DNA of 64,000 nucleotides from Bacilli bacterium (lineage in GTDB: Bacteria > Bacillota_I > Bacilli_A > ML615J-28 > CAG-698), in assembly GCA_050953065.1 (NCBI GenBank), contig JBMNLZ010000003.1, forward strand, positions 320,001 to 384,000. Direction: 5' to 3'. Position 1 is the stretch's first letter. Each line of letters begins with the position of its first letter. The notes under the pieces were generated by a model that saw only the letters and a program-made list of their open reading frames with translations, had not been told where the DNA came from and made no database searches. This document shows positions 9,676-17,954 of the stretch, one piece after another. The position numbers and the translations under genes are program-made.

Positions 9676-11286
9676 TTAAATAAATAAAATACCTCTTGAA
9701 TCGTATACTGATTCATTAGAAGTACCTTCATTTCTTAATACTCTATCAAGTGCCATAACTGTCGCTACAGCACCATCGATTTTTTCTACCGATTTAGATT
9801 TATCCATCTTAATGTTTCCAGCTGGATCTTCTCTGATCGTGATATTATCCATCATCCAATGAAGGACTGGATTACCATTTTGTGCGATACGTTTGCCAAC
9901 AACTAAGTTCATAAGTTCTTTTGTTGGTGAACTCATATCCTTAAAACCCTGTCCAAAGGGAACAACTGTAAAACCCATGTTCTCTAGGTTCTGTGTCATT
10001 TGAACTGCACCCCACCTATCAAAAGCTATCTCTTTAATGTTGTATTTCTTTCCAAGTTCCTCAATGAAAGACTCGATGAAACCATAGTGGATAACATTAC
10101 CTTGTGTTGTGTTTAGATAGCCTTGCGAATTCCATAAATCATATGGAACGTGGTCCCGACTTACTCTTTGTTTCATATTTTCTTCTGGTATCCAAAAGAA
10201 AGGCAAAACATAATATTTATCCTCATTTTCAAGCGGTGGAAAGACTAGTACAAAAGCTGTAATATCCATTGAGGATGATAGATCCAACCCTCCATAACAT
10301 ACACGACCTTCCAGCTCTTCTGCATTAAAATCAACATAGCAATCATCATACTTTCGCATGGGCATCCAGCGTTTTTCTTGCTTCACCCATTGATTTAGTC
10401 TTAGTTGCCTGAATGAATTCTCTTCACTAGGCATTTGCTTTGCTGATTCACAAGCTGCTCTTACTTTTTCAATGTCCACAGTCACCCCTAGACTAGGATT
10501 AGCCTTTTTCCAAACTTCCTCATCAGTCCAATCTGCATCGGGATCTGCACCATAAATTACAGGATAAAATGTAGGATCAATCTTTCGTCCTTCCAGGATA
10601 TCCTTTGCTTTTTGATGCACCTCATAGCAGATAGAATTTGTATCGTCTCCTGCAGTTGTTATAAGAAAAAATAACGGTTGCTTTCTGGCATCACCAGAAC
10701 CCTTTGTCATAACATCGTAGAGCTTTCTATTTGGTTGAGCGTGAAGCTCATCAAATACAACACCATGTATATTAAAACCATGCTTTGAGTAAGCCTCTGC
10801 AGAAAGAACCTGATAAAAGCTGTTTTTGTATTCGATCCTGTTTTTTGATTCAGAAATCTTGACAGACTTTTTCAAGTACTTATTAAGCTCGACCATCTTC
10901 TTTGCAACATTGAATACAATCTTCGCTTGGTTTCTATCAGCAGCACATCCATATACTTGAGCACCTTCTTCAAAGTCACCACAAGTAAGTAAAAGAGCGA
11001 CCGCTGCTGCAAGTTCACTCTTCCCTTGTTTCTTTGGAATTTCGATGTATGCAGTATTAAACTGCCTATATCCGTTTGGTTTCAAAACTCCAAATACGTC
11101 TCTTATTATTTGTTCCTGCCAATCAAGGAGTTCAAACGGCTTTTTATACCAAACTCCATCTGTGTGTTTTAATGACTCAATAAAGTTTACAGCTCTGTCT
11201 GCTGCCTCTTTAGAGTAAACGGAGTTTTTGGCTTTGAACTTGGTAGGAACATACTTCTTTAATCTTCCCAAAACCTCATCCTCCAT
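9676..11286 (-). CDS. terL: Terminase large subunit (alternative TTG start near 11271)
   Basis: Walker A IPKKQGKS, VVFDELH, LITTAG, GGLDLS, KIDGAVA. Confidence 0.96.
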   Translation of the reverse strand: MEDEVLGRLKKYVPTKFKAKNSVYSKEAADRAVNFIESLKHTDGVWYKKPFELLDWQEQIIRDVFGVLKPNGYRQFNTAYIEIPKKQGKSELAAAVALLLTCGDFEEGAQVYGCAADRNQAKIVFNVAKKMVELNKYLKKSVKISESKNRIEYKNSFYQVLSAEAYSKHGFNIHGVVFDELHAQPNRKLYDVMTKGSGDARKQPLFFLITTAGDDTNSICYEVHQKAKDILEGRKIDPTFYPVIYGADPDADWTDEEVWKKANPSLGVTVDIEKVRAACESAKQMPSEENSFRQLRLNQWVKQEKRWMPMRKYDDCYVDFNAEELEGRVCYGGLDLSSSMDITAFVLVFPPLENEDKYYVLPFFWIPEENMKQRVSRDHVPYDLWNSQGYLNTTQGNVIHYGFIESFIEELGKKYNIKEIAFDRWGAVQMTQNLENMGFTVVPFGQGFKDMSSPTKELMNLVVGKRIAQNGNPVLHWMMDNITIREDPAGNIKMDKSKSVEKIDGAVATVMALDRVLRNEGTSNESVYDSRGILFI

Positions 11287-11294
11287 ATTCTTGT

Positions 11295-11323
11295 AAAAGA
11301 AAAGCCGACCATGAAGTCGACTT
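11295..11323 (-). terminator. Intrinsic terminator ending the cargo cassette upstream of terL
   Basis: AAGTCGAC-TTCATG-GTCGGCTT followed by TTCTTTT. Confidence 0.7.
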
Positions 11324-11343
11324 CCTCGTTCTGATATAAAATT

Positions 11344-11544
11344 TTACAAATCTTCAATTTTTGGAATTTCGAGTATTATCTTTTCAATTTCATCAGATTT
11401 CAAACCAAGTCCCGCAAGTGCCTGCCTTGTTCCGCAAGTAGGGCATATCGGTGTTTGATTATCTACTCTTGAAATCGCTGGATGACCTTTATAATCCTTA
11501 CCACATAAAGGGCAAACTTTAATAAAATCAGTTGTTGTTTTCAT
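11344..11544 (-). CDS. Small zinc-ribbon protein
   Basis: CPLC...PAISR...CPTC. Confidence 0.75.
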   Translation of the reverse strand: MKTTTDFIKVCPLCGKDYKGHPAISRVDNQTPICPTCGTRQALAGLGLKSDEIEKIILEIPKIEDL

Positions 11545-12001
11545 TGCTAACCTCCATACTTTTTATTAGTGCTTCTTCTAGATACTTAGGACTAAATCCA
11601 AATGTTTTATAACCTTCAAGACAAGTTGTCACATAGAACTTTGATGGCATCCCTATCTCTCTATCTTCATGCATGATATAAACGAATGCTTGTTTTTGAT
11701 AGTTTTTGCCTGTCTTGATGCCTTTGATGTTAATTTCCATATCTGCTTTATAATAAAAGGTTGGATAACCTTCGTATCTATCAAGTGCCTGTTCATCAGT
11801 TTCAGTTACTTTCCAAATTGCAACTGGTAGTGATTTTCCTTCTGCTTTTTCAATGGTTAGGTAGCCACCAGTTTTACTTCCTTTAAAAAGAAGTTCATAG
11901 TCTTTAATAAACCCTGTTCCAACCACCCTAGCAGCTGGACATCTTCTTTTCATCTGGCTAACGTTTAGGTTGCTTCCATAAGCAATGTAATATTTACTCA
12001 T
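11528..12001 (-). CDS. Gamma-glutamylcyclotransferase-family protein
   Basis: YIAYGSNLN and LDRYEGYP motifs. Confidence 0.92.
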   Translation of the reverse strand: MSKYYIAYGSNLNVSQMKRRCPAARVVGTGFIKDYELLFKGSKTGGYLTIEKAEGKSLPVAIWKVTETDEQALDRYEGYPTFYYKADMEINIKGIKTGKNYQKQAFVYIMHEDREIGMPSKFYVTTCLEGYKTFGFSPKYLEEALIKSMEVSNENNN

Positions 12002-12012
12002 GCTGCACCCCC

Positions 12013-12975
12013 TTAAGCCGAAACCATAGAAGCAGGTCTTACCCCACTTCTAAAGCTTGCATCGCCAGATAGTCTCTTTGTTAAGAACTCTCTTGCTGTT
12101 GAGAACTCTTCACCGATAAATCCAAGTCTTAATAACCATGTTCTCATAGCATACTTTGGATTCTCGTTTTGTTGCGGCTTTGGAGAGGCTCCTTTGGCTT
12201 CCTTAGCCATTTGACTTAAGGCTAGGCATAATTGAATGTAACTCTTTAATTGGCCAGCGTGAAGGCCGTTTAGCTTGCCATCTTTAGGTGCATCAAATTG
12301 AAATAATCTAAATTCAATCGTTCCCTTTGTAAAGGTTGCATGGAAGTTTAGCATGTGGTATCTTGAACCGTTGTAATGGTTGCTTCTTGCATAATCTTCA
12401 TTATGGCTTTTGTACCAAACATCTGCAAAACCACTCATTGTTGAAGGTTTCTTTTTGTTTAAGTTTGCTAGAAATCTAGGATCAACCATTTTGCAGTATC
12501 TGCCGATTCTGTTTCTATCAAGTTCTAAGGCCTCTACTAATAATCCTTCGTGACTTGCCATGATGTTTGTTAGGTTTCTCATGGTTCTTGGTGTGTGTCC
12601 GTTAGCTCCAATGTGAATGTGAACTCCACACATTCTTGTTGCATCACTTTTTGCTCCAGCTTTTCTTAAAATTCTGACTATCTCTTGCAAGTCATCGATA
12701 TCTTCGTATTTAAGAATTGGTGTTACCATTTCGCATTTTTCATCGTCTAGTCCTGCAATGCTTACGTCCTTTTGAAACTTCCAAACTCTACCTTGTGTAT
12801 CCTTGCAAGCCCATGTTTGATATCCGTATTCAACGTGTGCGTTCCATGCTCTTGTTCCAAAGAATGCCGCTACTAGGTCTGCAGCTTTCTTTCTTTTAAT
12901 GTTGTTCATTTCAATCTCAACACCGATTGTTTGATTTTTCATGTTGTCGATTTGATTTTTGACTTTTTCTTTCAT
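12013..12975 (-). CDS. Amidoligase (COOH-NH2 ligase, Amidoligase_2) family protein
   Basis: GVEIE, CEMVTPIL, CGVHIHIG, RYHMLN, GTIEFR. Confidence 0.92.
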   Translation of the reverse strand: MKEKVKNQIDNMKNQTIGVEIEMNNIKRKKAADLVAAFFGTRAWNAHVEYGYQTWACKDTQGRVWKFQKDVSIAGLDDEKCEMVTPILKYEDIDDLQEIVRILRKAGAKSDATRMCGVHIHIGANGHTPRTMRNLTNIMASHEGLLVEALELDRNRIGRYCKMVDPRFLANLNKKKPSTMSGFADVWYKSHNEDYARSNHYNGSRYHMLNFHATFTKGTIEFRLFQFDAPKDGKLNGLHAGQLKSYIQLCLALSQMAKEAKGASPKPQQNENPKYAMRTWLLRLGFIGEEFSTAREFLTKRLSGDASFRSGVRPASMVSA

Positions 12976-13016
12976 TTTAAATCCTCCTCAATAAACTTGC
13001 GTGTATTCTTTTGTCG

Positions 13017-13059
13017 TGTATATATATCACTCTAAACGCAATATATAGCAAGTCATTTG
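13017..13059 (-). promoter_or_regulatory. Cargo promoter copy 1 (upstream of amidoligase)
   Basis: 39/43 identical to 13573-13615; TTGCTA -35 and TG-n-TATATA extended -10. Confidence 0.7.
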
Positions 13060-13096
13060 AGAAGTATTTTTCAACTTTTTTTGATATATTTTTGTA

Positions 13097-13324
13097 TCAA
13101 ACCTTATCATTGGCGATTACCTTAAATTTGTCTTCGCCATAGATCAAATTTAGTGAACTTCCATTGTCCCAATGAACTAAAATAGAGCCAATATCATCAA
13201 CTCCAACGACTGTTCCATAAGTACCAATTGGCGGTGCTTGAGTATCGTCCATTTTTAACAATTCAATTCTTGTCCCTTTTGGATATTCTTTTCTAAGCAT
13301 GTCTACTATTTTATCCAGCATCAT
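13097..13324 (-). CDS. DUF4314-family protein
   Basis: YPKGTRIELLKMDD...GTVVGVDDIGSILVHWDNGSSL. Confidence 0.85.
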   Translation of the reverse strand: MMLDKIVDMLRKEYPKGTRIELLKMDDTQAPPIGTYGTVVGVDDIGSILVHWDNGSSLNLIYGEDKFKVIANDKV

Positions 13325-13335
13325 AACCCTCCAAT

Positions 13336-13551
13336 TTATAATTCATTCCCATCTTTATCAATCAACTTAATCTGAGTAATTGTACCGTTGTGAAACAAAT
13401 TCAAAGCGTACTCCAATGCTTCTTTTTCCGTCCATTTAAGTGAGTCGATGTAGTAATTCACTAAATACTCCATTCCAGAATATTTTGTTTCGTACTTCTC
13501 GCACACTTCCTTTAGTTCAGCTCTCAGTTCCTTTACTGTTTTATCTGACAT
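13336..13551 (-). CDS. Hypothetical protein (71 aa)
   Basis: ORF with AGGAGGT RBS directly behind promoter copy 2. Confidence 0.75.
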   Translation of the reverse strand: MSDKTVKELRAELKEVCEKYETKYSGMEYLVNYYIDSLKWTEKEALEYALNLFHNGTITQIKLIDKDGNEL

Positions 13552-13572
13552 TTTTATACCTCCTTTTAGGTA

Positions 13573-13615
13573 TGTATATATATCACTCTAAACGCCTTTT
13601 ATATCAAGTCATTTG
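13573..13615 (-). promoter_or_regulatory. Cargo promoter copy 2
   Basis: Second copy of the 43-bp element; TTGATA -35 overlaps the methylase 3' end. Confidence 0.7.
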
Positions 13616-14888
13616 TGCTAGAATTATTATCCGCATTAACTTCAACTTGCTTGACAACTTCTGTGAATGTTACTTTTTGTCCGTTTCTAATACAATAAAC
13701 ATTATCGGCATCGCCTGTGTTTTCAACGTATCTTCTTAAAATTACAGACGCATACTTTTCATCAATTTCCATTGTATAACAGATTCTATTGGTTAGTTCG
13801 CAAGCCATCAAAGTTGAACCTGAACCACCAAACGTATCAACAACAATGGCGTTTTCTTGTGAGCTGTTTCTTAAAGGATATGAAAGAAGGTCTAGCGGCT
13901 TACTTGTCGGATGATTTTCATTTCGCTTTGGCTTTTTGAAGTTCCAGATAGTTGTTTGTTTTCTATCTGAATACCAGTTATGTTTTCCATTTTTCAAGAA
14001 ACCATAAAGTATAGGCTCATGTTGCCATTGATAATCTGATCTTCCTAAAACCAGCGAGTCTTTCACCCAAATGCAACAACCTGCTAAATGTAGCCCTGCA
14101 TCATGAAATGCGGTTCTAAAATTCAATCCTTCTGTATCTGCATGAAAACAATAAGCCGATGCACCGAGTTCACAGTGATCGACCATGTTCTTAAATGCCT
14201 TTAATAAGAATTGATAGAACTCTTCGTTTTTGAGTGAATCATTCTTTATTTTTAGTCCACTTGAACTAGTGAATGAAACCCCGTAAGGAGGATCTGTTAG
14301 GATCAGGTTTGCCCTCTTGCCTTCCATGAGTTTATTCACGTCATCTGCATTAGTAGCATCACCACATACCAAAACGTGACGTCCAACAATCCAGCGATCA
14401 CCATATTCTACGAATGCAGCTTTTTCTAAGACTTTCGTTAAATCATAGTCGTCATCTTCTATTTCAGCTTCATCACTTTTAAATAGGCTAGATAACTCTT
14501 TATCATCAAAACCAGTAAGCGATAGGTCAAAACCTAAGTCAGATAAACCTTCAAGTTCTACTGCTAACAGGTCTTCATCCCATCCTGCATCAAGAGCCAT
14601 ACGGTTATCTGCTATGATATATGCTTTCTTCTGAGCTTCAGATAAGTCTTCAACAAATACACATGGAACCTCTTTATATCCTTCTGCTTTGGCTGCAGCA
14701 AGTCTGCCATGTCCTGCGAGGACGTTATGATCTCTATCAATAATCAAAGGATTAATAAAACCAAACTCTCTAAGTGAAGATTGAAGCTTCTTGATTTGCT
14801 CCTTTGAGTGAGTTCTTGCATTATTAGCATAAGGCACTAACAAATCTACATTAACTAGTTTGAATTCTTTTACTGATGTCTTTGCCAT
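13599..14888 (-). CDS. ParB-like N-domain + N6/N4 DNA methyltransferase
   Basis: PYANNARTH/AGHGRL ParB domain; TDPPY, HPTSKP, DTFGGSGST; TAATG coupling to metK. Confidence 0.93.
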   Translation of the reverse strand: MAKTSVKEFKLVNVDLLVPYANNARTHSKEQIKKLQSSLREFGFINPLIIDRDHNVLAGHGRLAAAKAEGYKEVPCVFVEDLSEAQKKAYIIADNRMALDAGWDEDLLAVELEGLSDLGFDLSLTGFDDKELSSLFKSDEAEIEDDDYDLTKVLEKAAFVEYGDRWIVGRHVLVCGDATNADDVNKLMEGKRANLILTDPPYGVSFTSSSGLKIKNDSLKNEEFYQFLLKAFKNMVDHCELGASAYCFHADTEGLNFRTAFHDAGLHLAGCCIWVKDSLVLGRSDYQWQHEPILYGFLKNGKHNWYSDRKQTTIWNFKKPKRNENHPTSKPLDLLSYPLRNSSQENAIVVDTFGGSGSTLMACELTNRICYTMEIDEKYASVILRRYVENTGDADNVYCIRNGQKVTFTEVVKQVEVNADNNSSTNDLI

Positions 14889-15670
14889 TACACTAACCCC
14901 CATTCTGCAAATTTCTCGAAACCACCAAGATCACTAATAAACTCACGTGCGATCTCAACAATCTCTATATACGGTCTACCATCAATAATCTCATCGCCAA
15001 TAGCACATGAGAGTTCAATTGGTGTTCCTGTTTCTTGTGCTTTTAAGAAGCAATACACATTCAAGCTGACATCCGCTTTAGATAAGTCTTTACCATGAAG
15101 ACCTCCGCCAGTAACTGAATCAGCCATATCGGAACCTAGTTTTCTGTTGGTAGCACCTGAATCAACATCGATTCCACCAGTCCAGTCACCGATAGGATTA
15201 ATATCTGCATCGGGATAGACTCTTCTAAGTTCATCAGCTTTTGCATTACTTTGGCAGATGATAAGCCTTGTGCCATCTAAGATATACTTGCCATCACTGT
15301 TGTATTTAGCAAATAACTCTCTTGCAATGTTTGACAGCTTCTTTTGTTCAGCTGTTAGTGGCACTCCTTTAAATATTCCGTTATCACCACAACGAATCGT
15401 CCCTTTCTGGTTTTCAGCTAGGTGTATATCCTGCGGCACTTCTACATAGTCTATTTCAACGTTACCAGCAATTCTTTTAATGATTTCATTAACTTTATCT
15501 ACATCTAGCTGCGTGGATGTTTCAGTAATAACATGACATTTGCCATGACCTATCAACACTTCAACCGCTACTTTTGGATTTGTATCATACTCGTATGCAA
15601 GGTCAACAATAGCACCTGCAATACGGTCTGCAATTTTATCTGGATGTTTTGGATTTACTTTTTCGTACAT
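14888..15670 (-). CDS. metK: Short S-adenosylmethionine synthetase-like protein
   Basis: HPDKIADRIA, GDNG, DSGATNRK, GGGLHGKDLSKAD; only 260 aa. Confidence 0.85.
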   Translation of the reverse strand: MYEKVNPKHPDKIADRIAGAIVDLAYEYDTNPKVAVEVLIGHGKCHVITETSTQLDVDKVNEIIKRIAGNVEIDYVEVPQDIHLAENQKGTIRCGDNGIFKGVPLTAEQKKLSNIARELFAKYNSDGKYILDGTRLIICQSNAKADELRRVYPDADINPIGDWTGGIDVDSGATNRKLGSDMADSVTGGGLHGKDLSKADVSLNVYCFLKAQETGTPIELSCAIGDEIIDGRPYIEIVEIAREFISDLGGFEKFAEWGLV

Positions 15671-15685
15671 TAATTTTTACTCCTC

Positions 15686-16225
15686 TCATTTCTTTCTGGC
15701 TTTCAATAATTTTTCCATCATTAAATCCTGTGGATCAAGTTCATCTATCTCAGCTGATCCATTGTCTTGAATGATTGAATAAATTTGATACCAGATTTGG
15801 TTTACTTGTTTCATATATGCTTGCGACATAGAAACATACGGACTGGCGATTGCATTTCCTGTTGTCGGATGTTTTGCAAGCATTCCGTATTCAGATATAG
15901 CTTCTTCACATTGTATCCAACGAGAAACACTCATCGCATACTGTTCGATTAATTGATTACCGACCAGCGTCTCGCAGCCACGTTTCTTTAGCCATAAATA
16001 AGTGTTTTTGAAAATGTCCTGTGCATATAAGTCTTTTCCATTTTTTTGTTTCGCTTTTAAATAATCTTTTATCGGTGGAACTTCTACTCCTTTAATTTCA
16101 TCTGGAGTAATAAAGTCCGCCATGCTATCGAAGGTTGTAGTTAACACTTCTATCTTTTTTTTATTGGTTGGTTTCTTTCCACTACCAATTCTTGCACCGC
16201 CTCTTGCAGTACCGTCCTTCGCCAT
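15686..16225 (-). CDS. terS: Terminase small subunit, P27 family
   Basis: MAKDGTARGGARIGSGKK, HPTTGNAIASPYV; downstream of HNH/cos region. Confidence 0.9.
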   Translation of the reverse strand: MAKDGTARGGARIGSGKKPTNKKKIEVLTTTFDSMADFITPDEIKGVEVPPIKDYLKAKQKNGKDLYAQDIFKNTYLWLKKRGCETLVGNQLIEQYAMSVSRWIQCEEAISEYGMLAKHPTTGNAIASPYVSMSQAYMKQVNQIWYQIYSIIQDNGSAEIDELDPQDLMMEKLLKARKK

Positions 16226-16229
16226 CGCT

Positions 16230-16320
16230 TAATACCCCCTTTGAAATGAAAAAAATTCGCACGAAACCCCACGCTCGGTGTCGCATTATGCATCGGTAGA
16301 GATTTAGATCCCCCTACCCC
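16230..16320 (-). other. Probable cos/packaging site
   Basis: GC-rich non-coding gap between HNH and terS with G-tracts and ACCGAGCGTGGGG core. Confidence 0.55.
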
Positions 16321-16671
16321 TCACTTACGATCACCTAGTTCATAATGTATCTTTGTATGACAGCTCTGGCATAGCGACATAAGATTATTAAACTGGTTAG
16401 TTCCGCCACTAGAAAGAGGTACGATGTGATGAACCTCTTCAACAGGTGTGATTCTTCCTTCCTTTAAACATCTCTCACAAAGTGGATGCTTCTTTACATA
16501 CAGCCCACGTATACGTTTCCAATTGTTACCATACTTCTTATCATGATTCGGTGCTCTATTGTGACGATCATATTGTTTCTGTCTTAATGAAGAGTGCTCC
16601 TCACAATAAGAATCTAACGTAAGTTTAGGACAACCAGGAAATGCACATGGCTTCTTTGGTTTACTTGGCAC
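16321..16671 (-). CDS. Terminase-associated HNH endonuclease
   Basis: CERC, EVHHIVPLSSGG, NLMSLCQSCH. Confidence 0.94.
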   Translation of the reverse strand: MPSKPKKPCAFPGCPKLTLDSYCEEHSSLRQKQYDRHNRAPNHDKKYGNNWKRIRGLYVKKHPLCERCLKEGRITPVEEVHHIVPLSSGGTNQFNNLMSLCQSCHTKIHYELGDRK

Positions 16672-16696
16672 AGCAATTCCTACCTCCTTTTGTGCA

Positions 16697-16729
16697 TAAA
16701 AAAAGGCCAGCAGATTGCTCTGTCGACCT
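16697..16729 (-). terminator. Terminator-like hairpin upstream of HNH
   Basis: AGGTCGACAG-AGCAAT-CTGCTGGCCT then T-run. Confidence 0.6.
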
Positions 16730-16751
16730 CATTCATCTATTGGAATTTCCT

Positions 16752-16823
16752 ATTATAATAATACCACACTCTTGACATGTTTACAACAGTCCAACGAGGT
16801 CCATCGTGGTTCATTATGGTTCA
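16752..16823 (-). promoter_or_regulatory. Putative late promoter with four 10-bp-period repeats
   Basis: (a/g)gt(c/t)ca at 16788, 16798, 16808, 16818; TATAAT on minus strand at 16752-16757. Confidence 0.6.
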
Positions 16824-17240
16824 TTTTTTAAAGTCTATCTTGATATTCTCGATTCCTTCCTTGTGCCATCTTTTTATGGTGGATAAACTGAAATACATCT
16901 TGTTGGTTATCTGGTTAAAACTTAAAAGACTTATGTACCTTAGCATCAATACTGACTTTTGGTTTTCATCACTCAATGCTTCAATGACTGTTATAATCTC
17001 AGCTCTTTTCTCATCGAGTTTTTGTTCTACCTCTTTCATGTCTATTTCAAGGTCCCATAGTTTATTTAGCCATTTAACAAACGGTGCTTCAAGGTTTCTT
17101 GTTCCACTCACACGTTCTCTTGAGTAGTTTTGAGTCGGGATGGAATTAGCTAACTCTTCGTATTCTTCAGCACGTAATTTCATCATCTTTAATTTGTGTT
17201 GTAGTCTGCCTACTTGATTTAAGTATTCTTCTTTAGTCAT
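16821..17240 (-). CDS. ArpU/DUF1492-like late transcriptional activator
   Basis: MTKEEYLNQ start; VLMLRYI and C-terminal HTH; last gene before packaging module. Confidence 0.8.
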   Translation of the reverse strand: MTKEEYLNQVGRLQHKLKMMKLRAEEYEELANSIPTQNYSRERVSGTRNLEAPFVKWLNKLWDLEIDMKEVEQKLDEKRAEIITVIEALSDENQKSVLMLRYISLLSFNQITNKMYFSLSTIKRWHKEGIENIKIDFKK

Positions 17241-17290
17241 TCTAATTCCTCCTTTGCTTGCTTATGTTTTCTTTAGTAAGGTTTATGTTG

Positions 17291-17713
17291 TCATGTTCCA
17301 TCATCAACCTCCGCTATCTTGTCTAGGCACTTGATTTCAATCGATATACCAGTAGGCTCATCTGACCAAACCTTCTCTGCTATCTCCCTAACCACTAAAG
17401 CATCGTCTTTCCAAAACCCTACTTCAGTCATACAGTCTTTGAGCATCTTTTGAAGATTGTCTGTATCAGGCTTTGTAATTCGCCACTCATAGTTCTTATG
17501 CCTCTTGCCTCTTGGAAACTTCCATCTAACATGTAGTTCAAGTGGTCCTTCAAATGGCATGGCAGGCTTGAAAGGTCTTAGATGTCTAATGAGCATATGC
17601 CTTGCCGCTTTCACTTTTTCTGGTTTATAAAACACAGGTCTATTTCCAACCACTGCTACCTTCGCTTCTTGAGCCGTCACTGTAGGTGGTTCCATCAATA
17701 AAAATATCTTCAT
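17291..17713 (-). CDS. RusA-family Holliday junction resolvase
   Basis: KPDTDNLQKMLKDCM and WKDDA motifs. Confidence 0.9.
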   Translation of the reverse strand: MKIFLLMEPPTVTAQEAKVAVVGNRPVFYKPEKVKAARHMLIRHLRPFKPAMPFEGPLELHVRWKFPRGKRHKNYEWRITKPDTDNLQKMLKDCMTEVGFWKDDALVVREIAEKVWSDEPTGISIEIKCLDKIAEVDDGT

Positions 17714-17755
17714 TACTTTCTCCTTTTTAGGTTTTTGGTTTTGAATAAAGGTAGT

Positions 17756-17954
17756 GCTGACTGATGAGGCATTTGTTTGGAATAGGGCGGGCTTTAGAGC
17801 CCTATTCTACAAACGATGCGTCAGCAGTGAAGGAACTTCATATATATAAGCCCTTTCTTCACTCTTCACTGAATTTGAAGATAGGGATTTTTTTACCTTT
17901 CTTCACTTCACCATTTTTATGAGTGAAGCACCCTTTTTCCCTATATTCACTCAT
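17756..17954. other. Putative phage replication origin
   Basis: Long imperfect hairpin 17756-17825, CCTTTCTTCACT x2, multiple TTCACT/AGTGAA units, downstream of primase-helicase. Confidence 0.5.
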
